DNA of 64,000 nt from assembly GCF_006345805.1 (NCBI RefSeq), contig NC_043001.1:66712001-66776000 (forward strand), in the 5' to 3' direction. The position numbers were made by a program, and so were the translations under genes. The notes below the pieces were generated by a model, which was given only the letters and a program-made list of their open reading frames with translations, made no database searches and was not told the DNA's origin. Positions 1 through 14,268 of the stretch are shown here, one piece after another; within the stretch, counting starts at the first letter, position 1, and each line of letters opens with the position of its first letter. This DNA is from Octopus sinensis (taxonomy: Eukaryota).

Positions 1-345
1 GATGTCCTTACTCTCCTGTGTCACTCACCACTGATGTCTTTACTCTCCTGTGTCACCACTGATGTCCTTACTCTCCTGTGTCACCACTGATGTCCTTACT
101 CTCCTGTGTCACTCACCACTGATGTTCTTACTCTCCTGTGTCACTCACCACTGATGTTCTTACTCTCCTGTGTCACTCACTACTGATGTCCTTACTCTCC
201 TGTGTTACTCACCACTGATGCCCTGACTCTCCTATGTCATTCACCACTGATGTCCTTGCTCTCCAGTGTCACTCACCACTGATGTCCTTACTCTCCTATG
301 CCACTCACCACAGTCCTTACTCTCCAGTGTCACTCATCAGTGATA
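1..345. repeat. Minisatellite, 32-bp unit GATGTCCTTACTCTCCTGTGTCACTCACCACT with 28-bp variants, ~11 copies, runs off the window start
   Basis: Adjacent head-to-tail units with no spacers, degenerating towards ~345. Confidence 0.95.
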
Positions 346-999
346 TCCTTTATATTTGAAAACTTCAGTGAGACCAATACACTCCCATCTGAACCCAATA
401 AAAAAAAACAAATAAAAAACGGTTAACATTCAACCATGTTTGGTATCAGAACCTCCTATCTAAGCTGTTTGCCCAGTTCCTGAGTTCCACTAAAATCACA
501 CCTCTTAGATCAAAGATTTCTTTTCAGTGATCTTCATTGCAATATCTGTTCTCTAATCCACATGCTTTTAACCGTGGTGTGCCTCGAGGTTTGTTTTGTC
601 TTCCATGCTTTTATGGTTATACATTAAAAACTTTCTCACTGCCACTTTTAACAACATACACATATGATGATGACACCAGCCTTCATTTTCTTTAGCCTCT
701 GTTGGCAAGCATCATCCATACACGTTAAACCTTCCTTGCATTTATCTCTCCATCCATTTATTTTTTCTGCCTCCTGTTCCTGAAAGGGTTGTGGAGGCAG
801 AGTCATCAGGCACCTTCTCCATAGGGTCCTATTAGAAGCAGTTGTCATTACACTTTCTGACTGGATTCCCAAGTATGACTAACTGAGACTAGGGATATTA
901 TAACCATCTCTTTCTTGGTCTACTTCTAAGTCTGTCTTGTGATTCTTTCTTGAGACATTTTAATCATGTGTGCAGTATTGAAGCTGTAACTTCTCAATG

Positions 1000-1450
1000 C
1001 AGAGGGGCTCAACCTGGAGAGACTCTATGATCTTCAAGCTACACACTACGTCAAGTAATGCTACTCTAGAGATCCTTTGGAGGAATCCCATTCCAGTTGC
1101 TTGTGTTCGTTATCATTACCCAACATTCACAACTATAGGCAAGGATAGGCACAAAAACTGGATCGAAGATAGCAAATTTGCTTTTAATATCTGCCAAGTT
1201 TCTTCTTCCCAGGTGGCTTTACTACATTTGAGCACTTTAATTGCTCCGATGACTTCAGCCTCTATGAAGTTAGTTTTGCTCCTAGATGCACCTTGCATCC
1301 ACTAGAGAATTGCATTGTCCCTGGATTTAGGAGATAAGTAAAGTATTCCCTCCACCTCCTAAGGCTGCTCTTCACAGTGTTGAGAAGAACCTCAGCTGAG
1401 TTCTTAATGGTTGGTATGGAACAGGACTTCTTGTTTCAAAGTTGGCAGTT
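1000..1450 (-). mobile_element. Highly decayed non-LTR (RTE-like) RT remnant
   Basis: Minus-strand peptide 'EAEVIGAIKVLKCSKATWEEETW' resembles the LINE RT N-terminal 'EV..AIK.LK.GKA.G.D' motif. Confidence 0.4.
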
Positions 1451-4400
1451 AGTCTGCCAGAATGCTTTATTGCTCATCTAAAGTCAGTCTAGCTTAATCC
1501 CAAAGTCTTCCCATGATTTAACCTTGAATGTTTCTTCTGTCTCTGCTGCAACTTTTTATACCTCAGTGCACAGCAAGCACAAAGGAGGTACTTGTTTACA
1601 AGCCAAGCTTTGTTAGTCTCTTCCTTTGTTTGGATGGCATCTTTAATTTACTGCATTCATGAATAAGAGTTTTGAAAATAGTCTTCAATGGGGAGATGAA
1701 AAACACCTTTTCTTTAATGTCACTGAAGTACACCCACTAAACCTATCAAAAAAAAAAGTGTTATAGCATATTTCCTTTAAGACCCTCAAAGTCTCTATAA
1801 ATTGTACTTATTACAATGTTTGATCTCTCATGGCAACTCCACATGATAAAAACATTACCAAAACTACTTCACAAAGACCACTTACTCTTCAAGACCATAA
1901 AATACTTCAGTTCTTAGCAATTACTATTGGTGTACATTCACATACTGGTACTCAATTACAATGTAGAGAGTAGAGTATATTCACATGCTGATACTCATGT
2001 ATAATGTAGAGTGGAGTACTGCTAATATATCTGGTCAGAAACTGTTATTGTGATACAAAAACCTCCAGAATCACATCCTAAATGAGGTGACTTGGCTTAT
2101 AAAACAATGGCTTTAACACACAGATAGTCTGTTTCTGCTACAACGGCATCTACTTCTCCATCTAGATCTCTTTTGCACACAATGCATATCCGACATGCTT
2201 TTTTTTATTATGGAAAACTGGAAATGAACATCACTTATATGAATGACATTGATAGCTGTTTACAACCATCACCTAGTGTCAAGACAAGGACACAAACACA
2301 TTCATATGCACACATACACATATCCTGTGGGCTTCATTCAGTTTCGATCTTCAAGATCCTCTCACAAATCTTTAGTCAGCCCAGTTTTATAGTGGAAAAC
2401 ACTTGACCAGGGTGCTGTGCAGAGTGAATGAACCCAAAACCACATGGTTGAGAAGTAAGCTTCTCAACCATGCAACAAATGCATGTAAAATGATGATGGT
2501 GTCAACATTTTCTCCATTTATTATTTCTATTATCTTCCATGTGTTTTCTTTTGACTTGTAAGTTTTATAAAATGTAACTTTCAGCATAATTTCAATTCCC
2601 AATTAGGGTGCTTGTACACAGTTGGTAATTAAATTTGGAGAAATGCATAAATATCTCTGCATCAATTCCCCACAGTATTTTCACATCAAATACTGTCCAT
2701 TTTGTTGCTGTAGTTGTTTAACTTCATATCAACATTGATTGATCAAGATCAGTCCAGATGTAACTGCTTTGTCATTTTTTTACAATGTCATGAGTCTTGT
2801 ACTACATTATCCAATATGAATATCTTTAGGAAGAAGCCTTATTAATCAATAAAGTATTTGAAACTATATTTTTTCACATTACTAGTCCTGTTACTAATTT
2901 TTATTATTATTGCCATTAAACAATAACAACAATATCTACTTGAAACTAAAAGCTAGAAACAAAACTTATGTTATTGTTATGAAATCTGAAATAGTCAGTG
3001 GATCTCATATGAATTTATATATTTTATTTCGTTTGATTCAGATATCTATTTGTTACTATAGTGATTTATTATTTTTACATGTTACATAATATGTTTCTTT
3101 ATTACATGTTGTCTTTGCTGCTTGGCAAGTTTTTCAGTTTATCTCATGTTATTGGTGTATAGTTGCAGTCCTTTACAGTTCAAGTCCAAATCCTGCCATA
3201 TTTGGTTGCTAAAATGTAGAACAGACTTTTATATGTTTATGTCAGAGAGGGTTAATTGAAAACCCAGCTATTCTTAACATGAAATAAGTTTGTTTGAAGA
3301 ACCTATTTTATGGTGGATGGTAGTTGTTGAGGGGGTGGGGGAGTCAGTCAATCCTATGAGCTTCTGTTATAAATTTTGAGGAAAGAAGATTAAACAGGAA
3401 GTAGAGGAAGTGCTCTTTTACTCCTACATTTATGTACATACACACTTAAGGGGGCATAAATACATTCATATGTTTGTGTATGCATGAGTGTGTTTATGTG
3501 TGTACAAGTGTGTTTCTGTTTGTACGAGTGTGTACACACACACACACTCTTACATACATAAACACCCAAATATTGGCATCTATATACAGTAGAACATTTA
3601 AAAATTAATTATGTTTTGCTTATGTCGCTCAGCATTTAATTTCTAAGACTTTGATTCCTGACCAAAGCCAGCTTAGTTCCAAGAAGCTCTTTTGATATAT
3701 TTTATGGTTAACCTTCAGTCATTTGGTCTATTATTGCACACTTTGCTTCATTGCAGTCATATTTCCAAAGGGAAGACAACATATGAATAAAGATAAACAA
3801 ACAACTAAGATGAGTGGGTGGTTAGCATAGTTTTAATAGTCATATGGTTGCCATTGTTGAAGTTTACTGCTGTGCCATTTTTATTTTCATTACGTAGGTA
3901 TGTGTGTGTGTGTATTTCTTTACATACACTTTCTTTATTCTATGACAATCCAAAGTTTGTTGTGAGAAGACTTTACATTAGATGATACCCCATTAACATA
4001 GACATTTTGCTATGTTTTGGTTTGTATTTGAAATATTTACTTGTTGTTGTTATTCCACTCAGTCAGACCTATGGCTTATTTTAACTTTCTTCTTTACATC
4101 CCTCCCCTACCCATGATGCTATTTTCTGTCACCCATTACATTTTGAGAATTAAAAAACAAAGAAGATATGTTTATTCTTTTCAGCCTGGGGCCATATCTA
4201 AATCTCTTGTGACCATGACTCTCTTGGAGTCACTGGTAATGTTACTAGAAAAACATGCATGCGCACACACACACACATCTGATTATGTATGTGTAAGAGT
4301 ATGTGTGTGTTTTCATTTAAGAAGGAATTAGGGCAGAACTTTACAGTGGACAATAACATAAACCTGATTTGATAATGTGTGCATCTACAGATACAAACAC

Positions 4401-5556
4401 CCATAGACACATACAAGCACACACATATACACGCATACAGATACATGCAAACACACACATACAGACATTCATATACAGACACAAACACATATATAGCCAA
4501 CACTGTTAAACGAAGGCAGTGAATTGTTAGAATTGTTAAAAACATCATTGTATCCCTTACAGTTTTTATTTTGCTTCTTCATTCTGAGTCCAAATGGTCA
4601 GTTTGCCTTTCATTTTTTTTTTTTTTTTCAGGATCAATAAACTATCAATCTATTTCAGGGATAAGTTCCTCTTTCCCACTCCTCTCTCTTTTCTTTAATT
4701 AGAAGGCCCATCCCTTTATGGCCTGCTGATTTAGTTCAAGATTACATTAAAGAGACACATATCTGCAGAATCCTGAATCACTTAACACATAGCATTAGTT
4801 GAAATTCAGTTGATCACAAATAGTTTGAGTTTTGCGGAGGGGTTTTGTGTCACTTTCTAAGGCATCCTATCTGATAAGTCTTTTCCAAGAGTTTTTGTAA
4901 CTGTTGGTAAGTCTCGGAATATAATTCAATATCATTTTTTAATGTTTTTTTAAAGCTAAATATGAAGAAAGCATTGCTTGTGACTCTGTCAATGGACTCA
5001 ACAAAGGTGATGACAAATGGGAGAGAGGAGTCTTTAGTCTTACAGGGTACACGGTAACCCTTGTGATGTTAGTGCTATAATAAAATACTCTCAGTACATT
5101 CTTTAAAGTGGTTGATGTTTGGGGCAGTATCCAATCATAGAAATCATGTTGTAAATGCAATGTATGAGAAAGATGTGGTCCATGATCCATTCAAGACAAC
5201 AATAATAAGAAGAACTGACTCAAACCATGATGACCTCTGTCCAACCCGTGACAGCATGGAAAAATGGATGTAAAATGACAATACTAATGATCAATATGAT
5301 ATCGACATCATCATCATCATTATTTTAACACTTTGCAAGCTTTGAACAGAATTCATTGAGGCAGATTTTTTGCAGCCAGATGCCATTCTTGTCACCAACC
5401 CTCACCAAATAAGATAATATTTCCCTTTTGCCAGATATGTTCCCAGTCATTAGAAACAAAGGACACTGCTTGTACGAAGGGACATTTGTTGATAGCTATC
5501 ATGTAATGTCATGACAAGGAGACACTAAAACTGTCTGTCTGTCTCTCTCTCACGCA

Positions 5557-5591
<35 letters not shown>

Positions 5592-8500
5592 GCATACATG
5601 ATGGGCCTCTTACAGCTTTTGTTTACAAATCCACTCACAAGGCTTTGGTCAGCTTAGGGCTGTAATAGAAGACACTTGTCCAAGTACCACACAGTTGACC
5701 CAAATTATGTGGTTTGGAAGCAAATTTCTCAACTACATATCCACACATATATATGTAATAATATGAGATTTTTGAAGTAATTAAAATATATTGGCAATCA
5801 TAATTCTATGTGATTCATTGAGTGGATAGATATATTTACTATATCAAACAGTGACAGTCTACTCTGGGTTTTACCCTTGGCTGAACTGTTCATGACTGTC
5901 AGAGCTATTCACAGTTGTATCACCAGTTTTTCAGTTTCTTATTGACATCTACACCCTTCACAGATATGCATTGGTGAAAGATAGACATAATGTAAATGTA
6001 TCTACATAAAGTATTTACACTGTCCTTTTGGTACATATTTATACACTGTACTCTTCTGTATTCATATACTGTGCTCATTAAGTCTATATCATTTGAGTTG
6101 GTTATAGACATCCCAGTGGCATAGCTAGAGGTTGTGCCATCCAGGGCAGCACTTAAGTTTGTTACCTTCCCTTTGTCCCATGCCACCTATACAGATTCAT
6201 ACAGTAGACTCAAATGTGTCAACCCTATGAAAGTGTTGCGAAGAATGGAGTGCCCCCCCCACCAACTACACTACTGTCTCATCCATTAACCCGTTTTTGT
6301 TGTTATTGTTCTCCTCCTCCTTATGTGTCTGCTGATCAAATACCATTCTTTTATTCTGTATATTAGTCCCAGTATTTCTAAAATTCAAAATTGGATTATA
6401 ACCATGATGGGACACCACTTTCAAGGGTTTTACTCGATTATAGTGACTCCCCCAGTATTTAGTTTGGTACTTATTTTATTGACCTCTATTTGTAGGATGT
6501 CACCTAAGATTGGGTTACATCCTTTTAGAGAGTTACAAGACATTTGAGGTTTGTTTACCAAATTTCACCCGTAAGGTATTGGAGCAACCATAGTTATAAG
6601 GTAAACTTCTTAACCACTTACTCACCTTTCTTAATCCTTTTCATATCAACCTATCTGAGTTCAATCCCAGTTGGTCTATTATAGATAACCTCCATTTTTA
6701 TTTTCCAAAAATGTTCGTATTCAAATGAAAACTTTCCATCAGAATTTTTTTGTGACAACATTTTATATTCCAAACACCAGAATGCAAGATGGATAAATTA
6801 ATTATTTTACTTAATCCTTTCAAATTATTGGTTTTGAATCTTATTGGCTATGTATTTCAATAAGAAATGTGTTCCTGAGACAGTTAAATTCTTCCGCAAC
6901 TTATGCAAGTCCTACTTTGTGAAACTTTGGATAAATGATTTCTACTATATCTCCAGTCTTGTGAATAGATTTGGTGGATGGTAACTGAAAGAAGGCCATC
7001 ATTGTGTATTTATGCATACACACACTTGTGCATGTTTGTTTCCTTCCCTTGTTTGTGTGTACATGCATGCGAGTTTGTAATTTGTGTTTCCTTATGTTGA
7101 CGTTACACAACAGTTGTAAACAAGTGCCACTGTATTGTTTGTTTTTAATGTCCTGTGCAAACCTGTCTGACCATGGGAAAATATTCCTTTACTTGGAAAC
7201 AGTTAAAGGCTGGCAACAAAAAAGGCATCTGGCTGTTGAAAATCTGCATAAACACATTTCACCTAATCATTGCAAGCATGAAAAAACTGATATTAAAATG
7301 ATGATGATGATAATCCTTCAACTTCCATCATTGGTAATACCTATGTAAGCAAAAATTAAACAAATCATGACACAAAAACCATCGACTGTTCCAAATCCAG
7401 AAAACTTTAAGAAAAGGTCTGAAGTCTACAGAAAAGATCTTGTTGAACCATTTGTTGCTGACTCCTGATTTGCAGTTTATATTCTATTGTCTGATACACC
7501 ACCATACCTATATCTGATGACTTAACCTCTAAATCCTGTATTCTATTATATGTTTTCCTGTTGTACTTGTAGATGTAGGTATGTCTGGATGGCTAAGAAT
7601 ATTGTGACCTTTTCATGACTGTATTCTTGTTGAAATACACTGCTTTTATTTCAATTAATTTTTATACTAATGAAGAATTTAATAAAATAACTTTGTCATT
7701 ATTAGGTTAATGTTTGTGACATAAATCAGGATTTAGATTTAGATCACTTTAAAGAAAGAAATTTGTACCATAGAATTGGGAAAGTCTCCAATCATAAGGT
7801 CTCAGGTTCAGTTCCATTGTTTGGCATTTTAGACTAGTAGTCTTTTACCATATTTTTTGCTTTAGGTAAAAAAATATTAGCCTATAGTAAACGTTTGCAA
7901 GCCCATTGGTTTAAACATCAAACATCCATCTTTGTCCTACGATGTGTCATTGATTCAACCTAAAAATCAAATTAAAAGTACATATGTCTGTGGAATACTC
8001 AGCCACTTATTCTGAAAATTAAATGACAGATAGCCGAGTTAGTTAAACAACTGAAATAATTTTCTCTAAATTTGACAGATTTATTTGTTTTTATGTCTTT
8101 GTTTACTGTATTGTGTGTGTTCTCTGTTGTGTATGCGTATATGTTCTGTTATGTTTGTGTTGCAGAGCATAAGTGTGTATTGTGCATATTATTTTATGTT
8201 GTGTGCACAGAGGTGGTACCATGGCCAGTGAGGTAAATTTTTAGGTATGGTTATTGATAGTTGAAAACTATTATCCTATAGGAAAGTTTTAAACATTTTG
8301 GACCATTTTGATTGCACCTCAGATTTGGCTGCTATTTCTAATAGGTTGAACCATATATAGAGACTCCCTCTTTGGCTTCAGAAAGTAAGCTTGTTTAGTC
8401 CAGCTTGTCATGGTAAATAAACCCTTGTTGTCCTTAAAATGTTGACTTGCTTAAAAGGGACTCAAGTTGGGATAACATTAAGAAGGCTCTATATCACCAG

Positions 8501-8814
8501 ATGACTCAGTCTATAAGATGTTGAACTGGTTACTCATGGGTCATGAGTTCAAATTTATAGCTGGTATTTTGTTATGTGCCACAGACTACTGTTTTTATAA
8601 TCATAAAACTGCCGTTAAAAAGCCCCTTAGAAATTTGTATTCGATAGGCTAATCTCTAATTTCCTGGGTGCACTAATTTTGTGTTGGTGTGTGATTAATT
8701 TGCTTATAGAGTCTGTAGCTTTGAGGAGACAGTGAAAACACTGTAAAGGTAGTTCTAGTTTTGGTTTCATCATAAACATACCTGGTCCATTCTGGCATAG
8801 TAATATTGGTTCAA

Positions 8815-9195
8815 TGTTTGGCACAAGATCAGCAATCTCAAGTCAATTACATCAGCCCTAGTGTTGAACTGGTATTTATTTTATCAACCCTAAAAGGTTG
8901 AAAGGCAAAATCAACCTTAGCAGGATTTGAACTCAGATTGTGTAGGTGGATGAAATGCTGCTAAGCATTTTGCCTGGCATGTTAATGATTCTGCCAGCTT
9001 TCAAATTTTGGCTCAAGGTCAGCAATTTTGGGGAGGGCTTAAGTCAATTACATCAACCCTAGTGTTCAACTGGTACTTATTTTATTGACCCTGAAAGATG
9101 AAAGGCAAAGTCAGTTTGAACTCAGAACATAAAGGTGGACAAAATGCCACTAAGCATTTTGTCAGCATGCCAACAATTCTACCAGCTTGTTGCCT
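8815..9195 (-). mobile_element. Two tandem decayed copies of SINE family A
   Basis: Repeated 'actggtacttattttattgaccctgaaa..atgaaaggcaaagtc...tttgaactcagaa...ctaagcattttg...ctgccagct' blocks. Confidence 0.75.
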
Positions 9196-10022
9196 TATTC
9201 TGGTGCAGTAATATTAACAATGGAGACAGTACAAAGTGCTAAAAACACTCTAGCCAGATATTCTCAAAGAAAACAGTAATATTGGAAACAAAAGAATGAA
9301 CCAGGATGATCTGATACAGGAAGATCTGTCCAGCCTATGCTGATATCAAAACAGATTTAAAACCAGGGTGTACACACATTATCTCACACACCATATACAT
9401 AGGCATCCACATATACAACAATACATACACAGCACACATATACATGCACACCAATATATATTTGCACACACACACAGTACATACATACACACACACACAC
9501 ACATCAGAATTCTTTATTTTTTTTTAAGATTGAAGAAGAGAAATGCTCTTTAGTCTGGAAGGAGTGTATTAAAATATCTTCTGAAATATTTTTTCAAGTG
9601 GATTTAGTTTTATATTACTGTACCACAGTAAATGATGATATATGGTGACTGACAGCTTTATCACTGGCATCTTACATTTTCTTCACTACTCTTACTACTC
9701 GTACAATGTATACAGTTTTATGTTGAAATATTAATAGAGAAGCAGAGAGAGAAAAGTCATGGTGATGGTTACAGAGGAGCAGTGGTAGTTACAGTGGCAA
9801 CTACTAACTCTTGAAATCCTGTGCTTTATGTTCTGCGTTCAAATACCTTCAAGGTTAACTTTGTCATTCTACCTTCCAGCGTTGATAAAATAAAATATCA
9901 GTCAAGTACTGGGGTTGATGGCATCAAGTAATTCATTCCCTTCAAAATCACTGTCATTGTGCCAGAATTAGAAGCTGTTATTATTATTATTATTATTTTT
10001 AAAGCAGTGAGCTGGTAGAATC

Positions 10023-11394
10023 GGATCTTTTCTATTCTGAAGCCAGTTTTTTCAAATTTTTCCTACTGAACCAAACAATTTGAAACTTCGTATACTGGTA
10101 GAATGTGTCAAAAGTAAACTTAATTGTAAACCAGAATGAAAACGGAATTGTAACTTCTAAGTTTAACGTTGTTTAATAATTAGAATTTTAACCAATGATA
10201 TTCCGTCATTCGGCTTTATTTTATTTACTCCGTCTCGACCACCAATTTCGTGACGTATTAAACATCTTAAATGTAAACAAGTTAGTACTTGCTTTCGTTT
10301 TATTTTTTTTACATAAGTAATGAGAGCGAAAGAGACTAAGAGGAAGCGATTTTATGACGAGGGAAGTTTGCCTTTGAAGTTACCGTCTAGGGGAAGCATT
10401 GATGTACATGTGTGTGTGTGTGTGTGTGTGATTGATGGGGTGTGGGAGACAGTATGTTGTGTAAGTGAAGTGCTTCTGTTAGTGTGTGTGAAGAGACAGA
10501 GAGAGTAATGTGTGAAAGAGAGAGATAACTGAAATTTTTTACTCGGTGTATGTGTATATGTATGTCTGCATGTATGTGTGTGTGTATGTATGTGTAAGTA
10601 TGTGTGTGTGTGTGTGTGTATGTATGTGTGTGTGTGTATGTATGTATGGCCGATTCATCGTAATTACGATGAATCGGCCATAGATACATACACACACACA
10701 CATACATGCAGACATACATATACACATACACCGAGTAAAAAATTTCAGTTATCTCTCTCTTTCACACATTACTCTCTCTGTCTCTTCACACACACTAACA
10801 GAAGCACTTCACTTACACAACATACTGTCTCCCACACCCCATCAAACACACACACACACACACATGTACATCAATGCTTCCCCTAGACGGTAACTTCAAA
10901 GACAAACTTCCCTCGTCATAAAATCGCTTCCTCTTAGTCTCTTTCGCTCTCATTACTTATGTAAAAAAATAAAAGTTTTTTACGGAAATCGACGGAAAAC
11001 TTGTGCTACGACAAGCGAAACTTCGCCGAAATTTAATATTAAAAAAGCAAAGAGCTGGCAGAAACGTTAGCACGCCGGGCGAAATGCGTAGCCGTATTTC
11101 GTCTGCCGTTACGTTCTGTGTTTGTTTACAGTTTTCCGAACGTTAGTACGTCACAAAAGCGCTTTCTACGTCACACTAATAGAATGCAGTCAAGTTTTAC
11201 ACATGAAAACAAACAATCTGATTGGTTAAAATTCGCAGTTTTAATCTACGATTAAAGTCATAAAATAGATTTTTCTCAAATAAACTAGTTCCAACCTGTG
11301 TCTTGTTTTGCTAGACTCTATCAGCATACGAAGTTTCAGATTATTTAGTTAAGTAGAAAGATCTGTGGTCCTGGCTTCAGAATTGAAAAGATCC
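10023..11394. mobile_element. Non-autonomous foldback DNA transposon with an 8-bp TSD (hAT- or Merlin-like), inserted into a SINE
   Basis: TIR GGATCTTTTCTATTCTGAAGCCAG (10023) vs CTGGCTTCAGAATTGAAAAGATCC (ends 11394). TSD GTAGAATC/GCAGAATC. Further diverged inverted motifs inside. The SINE head 'gagctggtagaatc' resumes after the element. Confidence 0.85.
10298..10974. repeat. Long spacer-less palindrome (arms ~310-365 bp), centre 10663/10664
   Basis: Centre GGCCGATTCATCGTAA|TTACGATGAATCGGCC; arms differ only by a few substitutions and microsatellite lengths. Confidence 0.95.
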
Positions 11395-11594
11395 GCAGAA
11401 TCATTAGTACGCTGGACGAAATGCTTAGCAGTATTTCACTCGTTGCTACATTCTGAGTTCAAATTCTGCTGAGATTGACTTTGCCTTTCATACTTTTGGG
11501 CTTGATAAATTAAGTAACGGTGAATCATTGGGGTCAATGTAATCAACTAGTTCCCTCCCCACTGATTTCAGGCTTTGTGCTTTTAGTAGAAAGG

Positions 11595-11632
<38 letters not shown>

Positions 11633-12093
11633 GGCTGCAAGTGTGCAAAATTTTAGCATGCTGGGCAAAATGTTCAGCAGTATTTTGCCTGTCTTTATGT
11701 TCTGAGTTCAAATTCTACCAAGGTTGACTTTGCCTTTCATCCTTTTGGGGGTCGATGAAATAAGTACCAGTTACACATTGGAGTTGATGTAATCAATTAG
11801 CCCCCTCCCCCAAACTTTCAGGCCTTGTACCCATAGTAGAAAAGATTATTATTATTATTAAGGCAGCAAGCTGGCAGAATTGTTAGTATACCAGACAAAA
11901 TGCTTCAGCATTTCATCCGTCTTTACATTCTGAGTTCATATTCTGCCAAGGTCAACTTTACCTTTCATCCTTTCGGGGTCAATAAATTAAGTACCAGTGA
12001 AACACTGGGGTTGATGTAATTGACTAGTCCCCTCCCCCAGAATTTCAGGCCTTGTGCCTATAGTAGAAATTATTTTTATTATTATTATTATTA
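11395..12093 (+). mobile_element. Head-to-tail array of three SINE family A copies separated by (ATT)n tails
   Basis: Each unit: ggcagcaagctggcagaa..ttag..aaatgcttagc..ttctgagttcaaattc..gactttgcctttcatcctttcggggtcgataaa..agtacc..caggccttgtgcc..agtagaaag(att)n. Confidence 0.9.
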
Positions 12094-12400
12094 TCCACAA
12101 CACTTTTGTTCTAGCAGGTATTAATACTGACACTGTACCAAATGAGCGAGCCATATCCAATGTTCAAAGGTCCTTTGGGTCATTCCTTCTCTTTCAACTT
12201 TCTAACACCCTTCTTAGAATCCTTCCTGTTCCTAACAAGGTTGTTTTCTGCAACACTCCTGTCCTGATGGTAATTCCTAGCTTCTCAAGTCAGGCACCCA
12301 ACCTTTTATTAACTGCTCCCAGTGTACCAACCACAATCAGTACTACTTCTAAGTTTTGATTCTCCATAGTTTCCTGATTTCCCTCTTCAGCTCTTTCAGT
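12075..12400 (-). mobile_element. 3' end of an R4/Dong-clade non-LTR retrotransposon (REL C-terminus) with (TAA)n tail
   Basis: Minus strand reads ELKREIRKLW.../EVVLIVVGTLGAVNKRLGA*LEKLGITIRTGVLQKTTLLGTGRILRRVLES*, matching the R4/Dong C-terminal pattern. Confidence 0.8.
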
Positions 12401-13039
12401 AGCAATTTGAATGTATTAACTAAAATAACTGCTATATTATATAAATGATGTGATGTAACCCTCAACATATTTATGGATATTTCAAATGTAAAAGATTTTT
12501 TCTTCATGACCCATTTAGAATTATACTGCAGTATATTTTGGGTCATGACTCATAGGTCTGGAACTGTTAGTCAGAGAGGTTGAATATATGTCCTACAGGC
12601 TGCTTCCAACTCACGGCAGTATTTAGATTGCCCATTCCACCTCAGCTTCATATATTCTGTAAAATGTTTTTCGTTAGAGTTGTGATTACCACTGGTTTCA
12701 AAGAGTCAAATCAGCCCACCTTAGGGATCTTATTATCTCAACCAATGAAAAAGAAGCTTATGAGTCCATATGGTAAGAGATGTTGCTTATTTCCTCTTCA
12801 CTTTGTCTATACATACTGAGTTGATATAACTTTTCAAATATATGTATGTGTTTGTCCTAATGTTATGAACAATGTTGAAGGGTTTTGCAACTAATACATT
12901 GTTTTTTTTTTTCTCAAAAACTATGTATTCATTTTGAAAATTTCTATCTCTGTTCTTAATCTTAGGATTTTTACTTAATTGGGCTATGTTATGTTAATAA
13001 TCTACCTAAACCAATCCATCCATCCTCTCTACCTATCAT

Positions 13040-13130
13040 CTATCTACTCAGTCTATCCTCCCATCTACTCAGTCTATCCTCCCATCTACTCAGTCTATCC
13101 ACCCATCTACTCAGTCTATCCACCCATCTT
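13040..13130. repeat. 21-bp tandem repeat (ATCTACTCAGTCTATCC[T/A]CCC) x4
   Basis: Direct inspection. Confidence 0.9.
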
Positions 13131-14002
13131 TTCTGTCCATCCATCCATCTTCTATTCTCTACCCATCTATTCATCCATACATCTGTCTAATGAAAACAAA
13201 GAGAAAATGTATTACCTTACATAAGTTGTTTAATGATCTTATAATATTTTTAGAGATTCCACTTATCAAATATAAGAAAGAAAATTATCCAAGGGTTAGG
13301 AGAAAGGTGTTGTCAGTGGCTGTCCAGGATTAGTTTATTTATATTTGATAAGGAACATCTTTTCTAAGATGTTGAAACATTAAACAATCTATGTAAGCTA
13401 ATACAATATTTTTTCTCTTTGTTTTTGATATCACCTTACATATTTTGTGTAACTTCTTACCTGTATTGCTCAAAGGTTTTTTTATTTAAAACATAACACA
13501 CACACATACACTCACACAATGTGGATGAAGTTTTTCTACAAATTCCTGTACACAAATTATGCTTTTGAACTTTGCCAACAAAGTTGATTTAATAATATAT
13601 ATTGACCCCTTTATCCATTTACTTTGCCCTACATTCTGAGTAGGCTTTTTAGGAATAATTATCTGGCAACAAAGATCTAGTTTATACTTCTACCCAGTCC
13701 ACAAAGGCCATCATGTTTAACATGCTTGGTGATTATACAATTTAATGAGTGATATCTAAAAGTATATTTCTGAAAGGAGATTGTAAGTTAGTTGTGGATG
13801 ATTCTGAATAGCAATGTGAAGCAGCAGGAAGTGTATGACACTTTTTATTAGGAGTGAGGAATAAAAATACATCTTATCATGAAGAAAAAAGTCATTTATA
13901 TAAGAAACAGCAAAATATAATTAGGAATTTATAATTATACATTCTTTTGCAGAAATATTGCTGTTTTAAGAGACAGTTGTCATATTCACATATCCACAGT
14001 AG

Positions 14003-14268
14003 CATCATCATCATCATCATCATCATCGTTTAGCGTCCGTTTTCCATGGGTTGGACGGGTCAACTGGGGTCTGTGAAGCTGGAAGGCTTCGTCAGGCCCA
14101 GTCAGATCTGGCAGTGTTTCTACGGCTGGATGCCCTTCCTAACGCCAACCACTCCGCGAGTGTAGTGGGTGTTTTTTACGTGCCACCTGCACAGGTGCCA
14201 GACAGAGCTGGCGAACGGCCACGAACGGATGGTGCTTTTACGTGTCACCGGCACGGGGCCAGGCGATG
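14003..14268 (-). mobile_element. 5'-truncated RTE 3'UTR copy with (GAT)n tail
   Basis: Matches the 3' end of the RTE at 17671; motif ctggatgcccttcctaacgccaaccac. Confidence 0.85.

Noticed and set aside
1-345. CRISPR-like 28-32-bp repeats
   Set aside because: Units are directly adjacent with no unique spacers; eukaryotic context and no cas genes
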